Made by a program: the position numbers and the translations under genes. This document shows, piece after piece, positions 23,443 through 31,460 of a stretch of 64,000 nucleotides of DNA; the first letter of the stretch is position 1, and each line of letters begins with the position of its first letter. Source of the stretch: an uncultured delta proteobacterium (GTDB taxonomy: Bacteria > Myxococcota_A > Polyangia > Palsa-1104); contig CAWAWS010000007.1 in the NCBI GenBank assembly GCA_963785725.1, positions 96,001-160,000 of the forward strand, written 5' to 3'. The notes under the pieces were generated by a model, which was not told the origin of the DNA, ran no database searches, and saw only the letters and a list, made by a program, of their open reading frames with translations.

Positions 23443-24107
23443 GCGAACGCGTACGGCCCGCCGCGCTCGAGCGCGCGCCGATAGGCCGGTCGCGCGTGAA
23501 TACGCGCCAAGAAGTCCGTCAGCCGCGGATAATTCGGCCCCAATCCGCCGCGCGCCGCCGCCGCTTCCAGCGGAAAGCTCATCTGAATGTCGGCGGCCGA
23601 GAAGTCGTCGCCCGCGAACCAGCCGCGCTGACCGAGCTGGCTCTCCATGAACCCGAGGTGCAGCGCGATCTGCGGCATCACGAAGCTGCTCTTGGCTTTG
23701 CGGGCGATCAGCTTGGCGAACGGCTTGACGAAGAACGGCATCGGCCCGTGCTCGATGCGATCGAACACCAGCTTCATGACCAAGGGCGGCATGGCCGAGC
23801 CTTCGGCGTAATGCATCCAGTAGCGGTATTGCAGTCGCGCCTCGTCATTCGCGGCCGGCTGCAGCGCGCCTTTGCCGTAGGTCGCCACCACGTATTCGAG
23901 GATCGCGCCCGACTCCGCCAGCGTCCGCTCACCGTCGACGATCACCGGCGACTTGCCGAGCGGATGCACGGCGCGCAGCTCTTTGGGCGCCAGCATCGTC
24001 TGCCGATTGCGCTCATAACGCTTGATTTCGTAAGCCACGTCGAGCTCTTCGAGCGCCCACAAGACCCGCTGCGAGCGCGAGTCGTTCAGGTGATGGACGA
24101 GGATCAT
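23439..24107 (-). CDS. Glutathione S-transferase
   Basis: HHLNDSRSQRVLW, HPLGKSPVI, LAESGAILEY, FSAADIQMSF. Confidence 0.95.
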   Translation of the reverse strand: MILVHHLNDSRSQRVLWALEELDVAYEIKRYERNRQTMLAPKELRAVHPLGKSPVIVDGERTLAESGAILEYVVATYGKGALQPAANDEARLQYRYWMHYAEGSAMPPLVMKLVFDRIEHGPMPFFVKPFAKLIARKAKSSFVMPQIALHLGFMESQLGQRGWFAGDDFSAADIQMSFPLEAAAARGGLGPNYPRLTDFLARIHARPAYRRALERGGPYAFA

Positions 24108-24239
24108 CGGACGCCATCTTGGCTGTGCGTCCGATAAGTGGCAAGCGCGGCTAGCGTCATCGTGCGATCCACAATTGCGACACCCGGCATGCAAAGTCTG
24201 CCCGTTGCCGATCGGCGGCAGTATGATGCGGATGTCACG

Positions 24240-24476
24240 ATGCCGGCGCCATCCGAGATCGTCTTTCGCCACCTCGTGCACTATCTCGGCCCGCATACGA
24301 CGCGGACCGCACTGAAGACGTTTTGCACGAAGGCGGTCCAGAAGTCTCCCGAAGCGCTGACGCTCGACGACATGCCCAACGTGTTGAGCGCGCTGCGCCC
24401 CATGATGCGCACGCTACTCGGCGCCAAGGAGAGTGAACAGGTGCTGGCGCAGATCAGCTACGAGCTTCGTCTATGA
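24240..24476 (+). CDS. Small helical hypothetical protein (78 aa)
   Basis: MPAPSEIVF...YLGPHTTRTALKTFC...; stop overlaps the next start (ATGA). Confidence 0.7.
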   Translation: MPAPSEIVFRHLVHYLGPHTTRTALKTFCTKAVQKSPEALTLDDMPNVLSALRPMMRTLLGAKESEQVLAQISYELRL

Positions 24477-25294
24477 AGAGCCGTGCGCTGTGGCTGCTGC
24501 CGCTCGCCGGCGCCGCGCTCTACTTCGTGGCCGTGCGTCTCCTCGGCGGCGACGGCGATCGCAGCGGCTTTTACTTCGGCGAGGCGCTCCTGACCAAGAG
24601 CGTCGCCCTCGTCGCCTGCATCGGCGCCGCCTTACGCTTCGAGCGCGGCGATCGCATGCGCACGATCTGGCTGCTCTTCGTCGTCGATTTCGCGCTGCTG
24701 TTGTCCAAGGAGCTGATCGTCCATCCGGCGGCGGGCGCGCTGTTGAGCCAGCCGGTCGTCATGTGGCTGCGCGCGATCTGTCTCATCGGCGCCAATCTCG
24801 CCGGCACCTTCGCCTGGATCGTGCTCGCGCGAACCTGGCGCGTCGCCGGCCTGACGCTCGATGGCTCGCCCGCCGTGCAGCGCGCGCTCCTCTTCGTCGC
24901 CGTCGTCGCCGGCATCGCGCTCGTCGGCTGGGGCACGATGAGCGACGTGCGCGCGCTCTTCGCCGGCCACTTCGCCTACGCCATCAACGTCTTGTCCGAC
25001 GCCGCCGACGTCATCGGCTTCGCGCTCGCCGCGCCGGTCGCGCTCACGGCCTGGACGCTGCGCGGCGGCTCGCTCTCGTGGCCTTACGTCTATCTGACCA
25101 CGTGCACCTTCACCTGGATGCTCTTCGACGTCGCCCAGGCGCTGCGCGGCACCACCGGATCGGCGCGATCGGCCGAGGAGCTGTTGCGCATCATCGCCTG
25201 CAGCTTGCACGTCTCGGCCGCGGTGGCGACGCGTTGGGCCGTGCGCCGCCCGTCAACCGCGATACAGCTGCAAAACGAGCAGCTCAGCGCCTGA
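24473..25294 (+). CDS. Polytopic membrane protein (about 7-8 TM), function unknown
   Basis: Alternating hydrophobic segments; translationally coupled to the upstream ORF. Confidence 0.75.
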   Translation: MKSRALWLLPLAGAALYFVAVRLLGGDGDRSGFYFGEALLTKSVALVACIGAALRFERGDRMRTIWLLFVVDFALLLSKELIVHPAAGALLSQPVVMWLRAICLIGANLAGTFAWIVLARTWRVAGLTLDGSPAVQRALLFVAVVAGIALVGWGTMSDVRALFAGHFAYAINVLSDAADVIGFALAAPVALTAWTLRGGSLSWPYVYLTTCTFTWMLFDVAQALRGTTGSARSAEELLRIIACSLHVSAAVATRWAVRRPSTAIQLQNEQLSA

Positions 25295-25457
25295 CGCATC
25301 CGCTGATTCAGGCGATCGTTATCCGATAGTTGCGATATGCACTGTCTCCTAAATGAGACAACGATATAGTCGTAGTGCGTCAAAATTATTGAGAAATTAG
25401 TATGTGATCATAGTCCGCTGATTGACCGTCGCTCGTTACGAACGGTAGTTTTCGCGC

Positions 25458-28337
25458 ATGTGGACCTCCGTGCGCGCCTCGGTGCTCCTCGCGGTTTTGT
25501 CAGCGGCGGCCTGCGGACCTTCAACGGCCGGCAGCGGTAGCGGCGGCGGCGGCGCTCACGCCGACATGACGGCCGGCACGACGCCCGACCTGTCCGCGCC
25601 CGCCGCCAACGACAGCGGCGTGCCCGCCGACCTGGCGCCGGCGGCCGATCTCTTGCCGCCGCCCGATCTGACGGTGCCGGCCCCGACGGGCCTGACGTGG
25701 CCGCCGGGTCAGGTTTTCCCGACGTTTCCGCCGATCACGGCGCTCGACGTCGTCGATTTGGGGCCGCTGACGGCCGATCAGCAGACGCTGTTCGTGACGC
25801 TGGCGGGCCTCGTCAACCGCACGACGCCGCGCATCTACACGCTCTCGAACGGCGACGGCGAGGGCAAGACCTTCTGGCTCGACAAGATGCCGTACACGAA
25901 GAACAGCATCGCCAATCCCTACACGCTACTCACGAAGTATCAGAGCGAGATCAAAGGCATCATCGTTTACGACGACACGCAGATGGACACGATCAACCTG
26001 GCCACGACGATCGCCGGGCAGACCAACGCCGTCGTCGCGTCGCCGGCGCAGGCGACGCTGTTGACGGCGGCGCCGTACAGCTTGGCGATCCTCGTCGATC
26101 TGCGGACCAACAAGTTCACCACCAAGCTCGCTATTTATCAGTACGAATACGATCTCTATTCGGCGGGCGCGACGCATCGGCTGATCTGCGGGCTGAACCC
26201 GGCGATCGCGGGCAACTTGCGCGACTATGCGGTGGCCACGCAGTCGATGATGGTGTGGCTCGATCCGCGCGTCACGGCCGAGGCGACGCTACTGTCGCAG
26301 TTCTTGGCGCTCTTGCCGCCGACGAGCCCGTATCTCGGCTGGTGGGTCGACGAGCCGACGGGCGTGTCCGCGGCGTCGACGGCGGGCGTGCCCACGTTCG
26401 CGGCCGACTACGCCAGCAACCTGACGGTCATGGGCGGCACGCCGCGCGGCAGCGCCACGGTCCCGCCGGCGCCGGCGCCGCCGCCGCTCGAGAACAAGGT
26501 CTACGTCGCCATCTTCATGAGCGACGGCGACAACGTGCAGGAAGATCAGCACCTCATTCCCATCAAGTGGGGCGACGCCAACCGCGGCAAAGTGCCCATC
26601 GGCTGGACGATCGATCCGGCGCTCGTCGACGTCGCGCCCAACGTCTTGCAGTACTTCCAGTCGACCGCGACGTCGAACGACGTGCTCGTGTCGGGGCCGT
26701 CGGGGCTCGGCTACACCTATCCGGCCGCGTGGACGACGAGCGCCTTCGACACCTACGCGAAGGTGAGCGGGCGCTACATGCAGTCGGCGGGCTTGCGCGT
26801 CATCACCGTGTGGAACAACGGCGTCGACTTGAGCGCGGCCAACATGGCGAGCTATTCCAACGACGTGCCCAACTTGGTCGGCCTGACCATCCAGGACGAG
26901 TCGACGCCGATGCAGATCATCGGCGGCGCGAGCGGCACGGTGCCGCTGTTCAAGCTGAACATTTCGTACGGCGACACCGAGCAGATCCTCGAGAGCAACC
27001 CGGGCGGCATCGACTCGCAGCTGGCGACGTTCAACGGCACGGCGCCGGTGTTCATCGCGGTGCAGGGCGACATGAACTCGAGCAGCATCACGCCGACGGC
27101 GTTCAATGACGTGGCCGCGCATTACGGCAGCAACTCGAACGTCGTGTTCGTGCGGCCCGATCACTTCTTCCAGCTGTTGCTCGAGGCCAATCAACCGCCG
27201 GGCCATCGCGTCTTCACCGGCGACTACGACGGCGACGGCAAGACCGACACGATGTTCTATTACAACGGCGACGGGAACTGGTGGATGGCGCCTTCCGACG
27301 GCATCAACTTCGCGTGGCACGTCGCCGGCAACGTCGCGTCGCTGGGCAACTTCGCCGACAACAACCACGTCTTTTACGGCGGCGACTTCACCGGCGACGG
27401 CAAGAGCGACATCATGGTCTTCGGCGGCAACGACAACAACTGGCGCCTCGGCACGTCCGACGGCACGAATTTGACCTGGAGCGTCGTCAGCAATACCGGC
27501 AACTTCGGCGGCCTGCTCGACGGCGCGCACCGCACGTTCACCGGCGACTTCACCGGCGACGGCAAAGCGGACGCGCTCTTCTATTACAGCGGCGACAATC
27601 ATTGGTGGCTGGGCACCTCGAGCGGCACGGCGTTGACGTGGTCGCTGGTCTGCACGAGCACGTTCGGCAACCTGCTCGACGGCACGCACGGCCTCTACGT
27701 CGGCGACTACAACGGCGACGGCAAGAAGGACCTGCTCGTCTACAACAACAGCGACGGCAGCTGGTGGTTCGGCATCTCCAGCGGCACCGCGATCACGTGG
27801 ACGCAGGCGGCGGCGACGAGCGGCTTCGGCAACGTGCTCGGCAACGACCACAAGATCCTCATCGGCGACTTCGACGGCGACGGCAAAACCGACGTGCTCT
27901 TCTACTTCAACGGCGACGGCAACTGGTGGATGGGCACGTCGAACGGCACGGCGCTGACGTTTCATCAGGCGAGCGCCACCGCCGCCGCCGGCAACTTGCT
28001 CGACTGGAGCTATCGCATGATGGCCGGCGACTACGACGGCGACGGCAAGACCGACGTCGCCTACTACAACAGCGTCGACGGCAGCTTCACCTTCGGCATC
28101 TCCGACGGCAACCAGCTCAACTGGGAGTCGGCGGGCACGGGCGCGGCCACCATCGGCGACCTCGACGACTCGACGACGCGCCTCTTCTTCAGCGGCGACT
28201 TCAACGGCGACGGCAAGATGGACGCGCTGTCCTATTCGTCGACGGATGGCAACTGGCGCGCCGGCCTATCGAACGGCAGCGCGCTCACGTGGCACGTCGC
28301 CGGCAACACGAGCGGCTTCGGCAACCTCATTCATTAG
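25458..28337 (+). CDS. Lipoprotein with GxGYxYP putative glycoside-hydrolase domain and seven FG-GAP/VCBS-type repeats
   Basis: AAAC lipobox; SDGDN and SGPSGLGYTYP; seven GD(Y/F)xGDGKxD repeats. Confidence 0.88.
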   Translation: MWTSVRASVLLAVLSAAACGPSTAGSGSGGGGAHADMTAGTTPDLSAPAANDSGVPADLAPAADLLPPPDLTVPAPTGLTWPPGQVFPTFPPITALDVVDLGPLTADQQTLFVTLAGLVNRTTPRIYTLSNGDGEGKTFWLDKMPYTKNSIANPYTLLTKYQSEIKGIIVYDDTQMDTINLATTIAGQTNAVVASPAQATLLTAAPYSLAILVDLRTNKFTTKLAIYQYEYDLYSAGATHRLICGLNPAIAGNLRDYAVATQSMMVWLDPRVTAEATLLSQFLALLPPTSPYLGWWVDEPTGVSAASTAGVPTFAADYASNLTVMGGTPRGSATVPPAPAPPPLENKVYVAIFMSDGDNVQEDQHLIPIKWGDANRGKVPIGWTIDPALVDVAPNVLQYFQSTATSNDVLVSGPSGLGYTYPAAWTTSAFDTYAKVSGRYMQSAGLRVITVWNNGVDLSAANMASYSNDVPNLVGLTIQDESTPMQIIGGASGTVPLFKLNISYGDTEQILESNPGGIDSQLATFNGTAPVFIAVQGDMNSSSITPTAFNDVAAHYGSNSNVVFVRPDHFFQLLLEANQPPGHRVFTGDYDGDGKTDTMFYYNGDGNWWMAPSDGINFAWHVAGNVASLGNFADNNHVFYGGDFTGDGKSDIMVFGGNDNNWRLGTSDGTNLTWSVVSNTGNFGGLLDGAHRTFTGDFTGDGKADALFYYSGDNHWWLGTSSGTALTWSLVCTSTFGNLLDGTHGLYVGDYNGDGKKDLLVYNNSDGSWWFGISSGTAITWTQAAATSGFGNVLGNDHKILIGDFDGDGKTDVLFYFNGDGNWWMGTSNGTALTFHQASATAAAGNLLDWSYRMMAGDYDGDGKTDVAYYNSVDGSFTFGISDGNQLNWESAGTGAATIGDLDDSTTRLFFSGDFNGDGKMDALSYSSTDGNWRAGLSNGSALTWHVAGNTSGFGNLIH

Positions 28338-28423
28338 CCCTAGCTGATCGCGATGTGAGCCGGCGCAATGTAAAGCCGTTCGAAATCGCGTAGTGTCCCT
28401 CGCTAGCTCAAGTCGAGTGACTC

Positions 28424-29203
28424 ATGTCTCAATCAACATCGTCCATTTATCTGGTCATGCAGCTCGTGCTGTCGCTGCTCTGTTTGCCGTCGGTGGCGTT
28501 GGCGAATAAGCCGAACGTCGAGCTCGATCCCGACACCGAGGTCGCGCGGCGCCATTTTCAAGCCGGCAGCGCCGCCTATGAAAAGGGCGATTACACGACG
28601 GCGCTGCAGGAGTTCGAGCGCGCGCGCTTGGTCAAGCCGCTGCCCGATCTCGACTACAACATCGGGCGCTGTCAGGATCGGCTCGAGCATTATCCGGAAG
28701 CGATCGCGGCCTATCAGCGCTTCGTCGACGCGACGAGCAACATCGAAGAGCGGACGGAGATCGGCGAGCGCATCGCGGCGTTGAAGGCGCGGCAGCGGCA
28801 GCTCGACGCCGCGCGGCCGGCGCCGAATCCGCTGCCGTCGCCGCAGCCGGCGCTGGCGTTGACCGCGGCCGAGGCGACGCGCCCGACGGCGCTGCACGCC
28901 TATCGCGGGCCGATCGTGCTCGGCTCCGTCGCGGTGGCGACGCTCGCGGTCGGCTTCGGCCTCTACGGCTCGGTCGGCGGCGACTACGACGCGCTGAAGT
29001 CGAGCTGCGCGCCGGCGTGCGCGCCCTCGCGCTGGTCGGGCTTGCAGGAGCGCGAGCGCGCCGGCGTCGGCTTGGCGATCGCGGGCGGCGTGCTGGCCGT
29101 CGCCGACGTCGCCTGGTTCCTCGTCGCTGCGCACCATCGCGAGCACGCAGCACCGCCGCGACCGCTGGCGACCGGCGATCTGTCGGTGTCGGTGTGGCCG
29201 TGA
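28424..29203 (+). CDS. Exported TPR protein with C-terminal hydrophobic segments (start may be 28457)
   Basis: ARRHFQAG..AY, LDYNIGRCQDRL, AIAAYQRF TPRs; two Gly-rich TM-like segments. Confidence 0.8.
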   Translation: MSQSTSSIYLVMQLVLSLLCLPSVALANKPNVELDPDTEVARRHFQAGSAAYEKGDYTTALQEFERARLVKPLPDLDYNIGRCQDRLEHYPEAIAAYQRFVDATSNIEERTEIGERIAALKARQRQLDAARPAPNPLPSPQPALALTAAEATRPTALHAYRGPIVLGSVAVATLAVGFGLYGSVGGDYDALKSSCAPACAPSRWSGLQERERAGVGLAIAGGVLAVADVAWFLVAAHHREHAAPPRPLATGDLSVSVWP

Positions 29204-29961
29204 AGTCGCCGCTCGCGCTCGCCGCGCTGTGCGCGCTGGCCGCCGGCTGCCACGACTTCGACGCGCTGTCGTCGCGCTACGGCAACGATGACTTGGGTCG
29301 CGACCTGGCCGTCGAGCTCGATATGTCACCGTCGGTCGCGCCCGATCTGTCGCCGCCGCGCGATCTCTCGGCCGGCGCCGATCTGTCGCTGCTCGACATG
29401 ACCGCCGTCGGCCATTTGAGCGGCAGCGGCGCCCCGACCGCCAGCGTCGTCGATCTGACCGCCGCCGGCACGCTCGATTGGGCGCATTGGGGCTATCCCA
29501 ACGACGACATGGACCACAAAGCCAGCGCGGCGTCGCTGATTCCCAACTATACGACGCTGAGCGGGCTGGTCGCCTTGGCCTACGCCAACAATCCCGACGG
29601 CTTCAGCTGGAGCGACGGCTTGGTCACGCCGTCGGTGACGAGCACCACGACCGGCATGTACCGCCCCGACGCCGGCGACGGATTTCAGCTGGTCGTGCCG
29701 GCGTCGACGGTGCCGCGCACGCTCGTCGTCTACGTCGGCGGCTATCGCTCGAACGGTAAGCTGACGGCGTCGCTGTCGGATCACTCGGCGCCCGACTACA
29801 GCGACGCCAGCTTCGTCGATCTCGTCGACAACATTTATGCCGCGACCTACACGCTCACGTTCAACGCGGCCAGCGCCGGGCAGACGCTGACCATCACGTG
29901 GTCGGCCAGCACCATCGTCATGGATGGCAACGTCTCGCTGCAAGCCGCCGCCCTGCGCTAA
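29200..29961 (+). CDS. Lipoprotein with DL/DM linker and a beta-sandwich-like C-terminal domain
   Basis: GTG overlapping the upstream TGA; LAAGC lipobox; VDLTAAGTLDWAHWG...GNVSLQAAAL. Confidence 0.75.
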   Translation: MKSPLALAALCALAAGCHDFDALSSRYGNDDLGRDLAVELDMSPSVAPDLSPPRDLSAGADLSLLDMTAVGHLSGSGAPTASVVDLTAAGTLDWAHWGYPNDDMDHKASAASLIPNYTTLSGLVALAYANNPDGFSWSDGLVTPSVTSTTTGMYRPDAGDGFQLVVPASTVPRTLVVYVGGYRSNGKLTASLSDHSAPDYSDASFVDLVDNIYAATYTLTFNAASAGQTLTITWSASTIVMDGNVSLQAAALR

Positions 29962-29977
29962 GTAAACGGCTGTTTAC

Positions 29978-31366
29978 TTACGGGTGCGCCGACGCGCGCG
30001 GCGCGCCGAACTTGTCGGTGTTGAGCGCCATCGGCGCGCCGGCGTCGAGGTCGAGGCCTTTGTCGTTGCTGCCGGCCTTGATGTCGACCAGGGCCACCGT
30101 CGGCGTGCTGTTGCGATCGCTCCAGGCCTTCATGCGATATTTGCCGGGCGGCAGGCTGCGGAAGTAGAACGTGCCGCCGGCGCCCGTGACCGCGTAGTGC
30201 GGCGCCGAGACGACGACCAAATAGGCCGACATGCTCGAGTGCAGATTACAGCCGAGCATGATGATGCCCTCTTTGTCGAACTTGACCTCGCGCATGTCGC
30301 CGTTCTTGTAGAGGCCGAGATCGAACGACTTCGACTCCGAGAGCGAGAACACGTTGTGGTAGACGCTGTCGAAGTTGGGGAAGGCGACGGTCGAGCCGAG
30401 GGGCACGGCCATGACGCGAGGCGCGAATTGGCGGTCGCGCTGCTCGAGCACGCGATGTTTGGGCGCGCGCTGCGCGAACTTGCCGCCGACCGGCTCGAGC
30501 ATGACGACGCCGAAGCTGCCGAGCGGCTTGCCGTCGACGCGCAGGACGCCGCGCAAGGAGCCGCGCGCCGGCACCTTCGCGGGCTCATCTTCGTCGGAAT
30601 TGCCGACGGCGGTCTTCGGCTGCGGCGTGTTGCTGGCGGCGTGCGTGAGCTCGCCGGCGACGCGCGGCGGGCTGCCCGAGCGGAACGTCGGCGCCACCGA
30701 CGCGAGCAAGGGCGCGCCCAAGAGCAGCTCGGCGCGGCTGAAGAGCTGCTCGGCGTACGAGCGCTGCCCGCGTCCGCCCGCGGTCACGGCCATGGCCAAG
30801 AGGTCGGCCGCGTCGCCCGGCGGCAGCGTGCGCTGAATCTTCACGACCGCGGCCAGCTGCGCGGCGTCGATGGGCTTGAGCGTGTCCGGCTTGGCGATGA
30901 TCTGCGGCTCGAGCGGACCGAGCGCGCCGAGCAGCTCGTTCTCCTCGCGCGCCGGCACGTGGAACTTGTCGAGCGCGCCCTTCAGGTTCTCGACGACGGC
31001 GTCGAACTCCTCCGCCACCAGCTCCATGCCGACGTGCGACGAGGGCATGTCGCGCCCGCTGTAACCGCCCGGCCCACCCGTCGCCGTGGTGACGAACTCG
31101 ACGAGCATGGCCTCGAGGTGCGCGGCGTCGGTGTTGAAGAAGCGCTGTTTGACGCGCTTGTCGGTCACGTTGCGCACGACGAACTCGTGCACGACGGCGA
31201 CGACGGCGTCGTGGCCGCCGAGCCGCTGGAACAACGGCCGCGAATCGACGGCGGCGGCGGGCGCGGCAGCGGCCGGCGTCGTCGGCGCGGGTGACGTGGC
31301 CGCCGCTTGCGGCGCCGGCGCGTGGGCACAACCGAACAGCAGCAAGCAGAGCGAAAGCTTCCTCAT
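29978..31366 (-). CDS. Lipoprotein fusion: group I truncated haemoglobin + helical linker + cupredoxin-like domain + carboxypeptidase-regulatory-like beta domain
   Basis: LLFGC lipobox; LFQRLGG...GGPGGYSGRDM..SH (trHbN); QFAPRV...GSTVAFPN.D..YHNVFS...GCNLHSSM; LPPGKYRMKAW. Confidence 0.85.
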   Translation of the reverse strand: MRKLSLCLLLFGCAHAPAPQAAATSPAPTTPAAAAPAAAVDSRPLFQRLGGHDAVVAVVHEFVVRNVTDKRVKQRFFNTDAAHLEAMLVEFVTTATGGPGGYSGRDMPSSHVGMELVAEEFDAVVENLKGALDKFHVPAREENELLGALGPLEPQIIAKPDTLKPIDAAQLAAVVKIQRTLPPGDAADLLAMAVTAGGRGQRSYAEQLFSRAELLLGAPLLASVAPTFRSGSPPRVAGELTHAASNTPQPKTAVGNSDEDEPAKVPARGSLRGVLRVDGKPLGSFGVVMLEPVGGKFAQRAPKHRVLEQRDRQFAPRVMAVPLGSTVAFPNFDSVYHNVFSLSESKSFDLGLYKNGDMREVKFDKEGIIMLGCNLHSSMSAYLVVVSAPHYAVTGAGGTFYFRSLPPGKYRMKAWSDRNSTPTVALVDIKAGSNDKGLDLDAGAPMALNTDKFGAPRASAHP

Positions 31367-31460
31367 CGCGGGCCCTCCCTGGGCAAAAACGTGCCGTGGA
31401 CGCGCGAAAACGTCGCGCGCCGAGCGGCATCAGCCAATGTCGCGACGCGCGCGCCGGGCG

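Noticed and set aside
27205..28330. Regularly spaced ggcgactwc...ggcgacggcaa repeats as a CRISPR-like array
   Set aside because: In-frame coding repeats of the FG-GAP-type propeller; no cas genes.
18912..31366. Methylamine-utilisation pathway linking the MauG-like and MauL-like domains
   Set aside because: About 10 kb apart with unrelated genes between; no mauA/mauB/mauD/mauE.
31383..31396. Sigma54-like CGGCACGTTTTTGC before the globin-cupredoxin gene (and GGCACTGCGGTTTGC near 738)
   Set aside because: GG-to-GC spacing is 9 and 11, not the required 10, though an indel error cannot be excluded.
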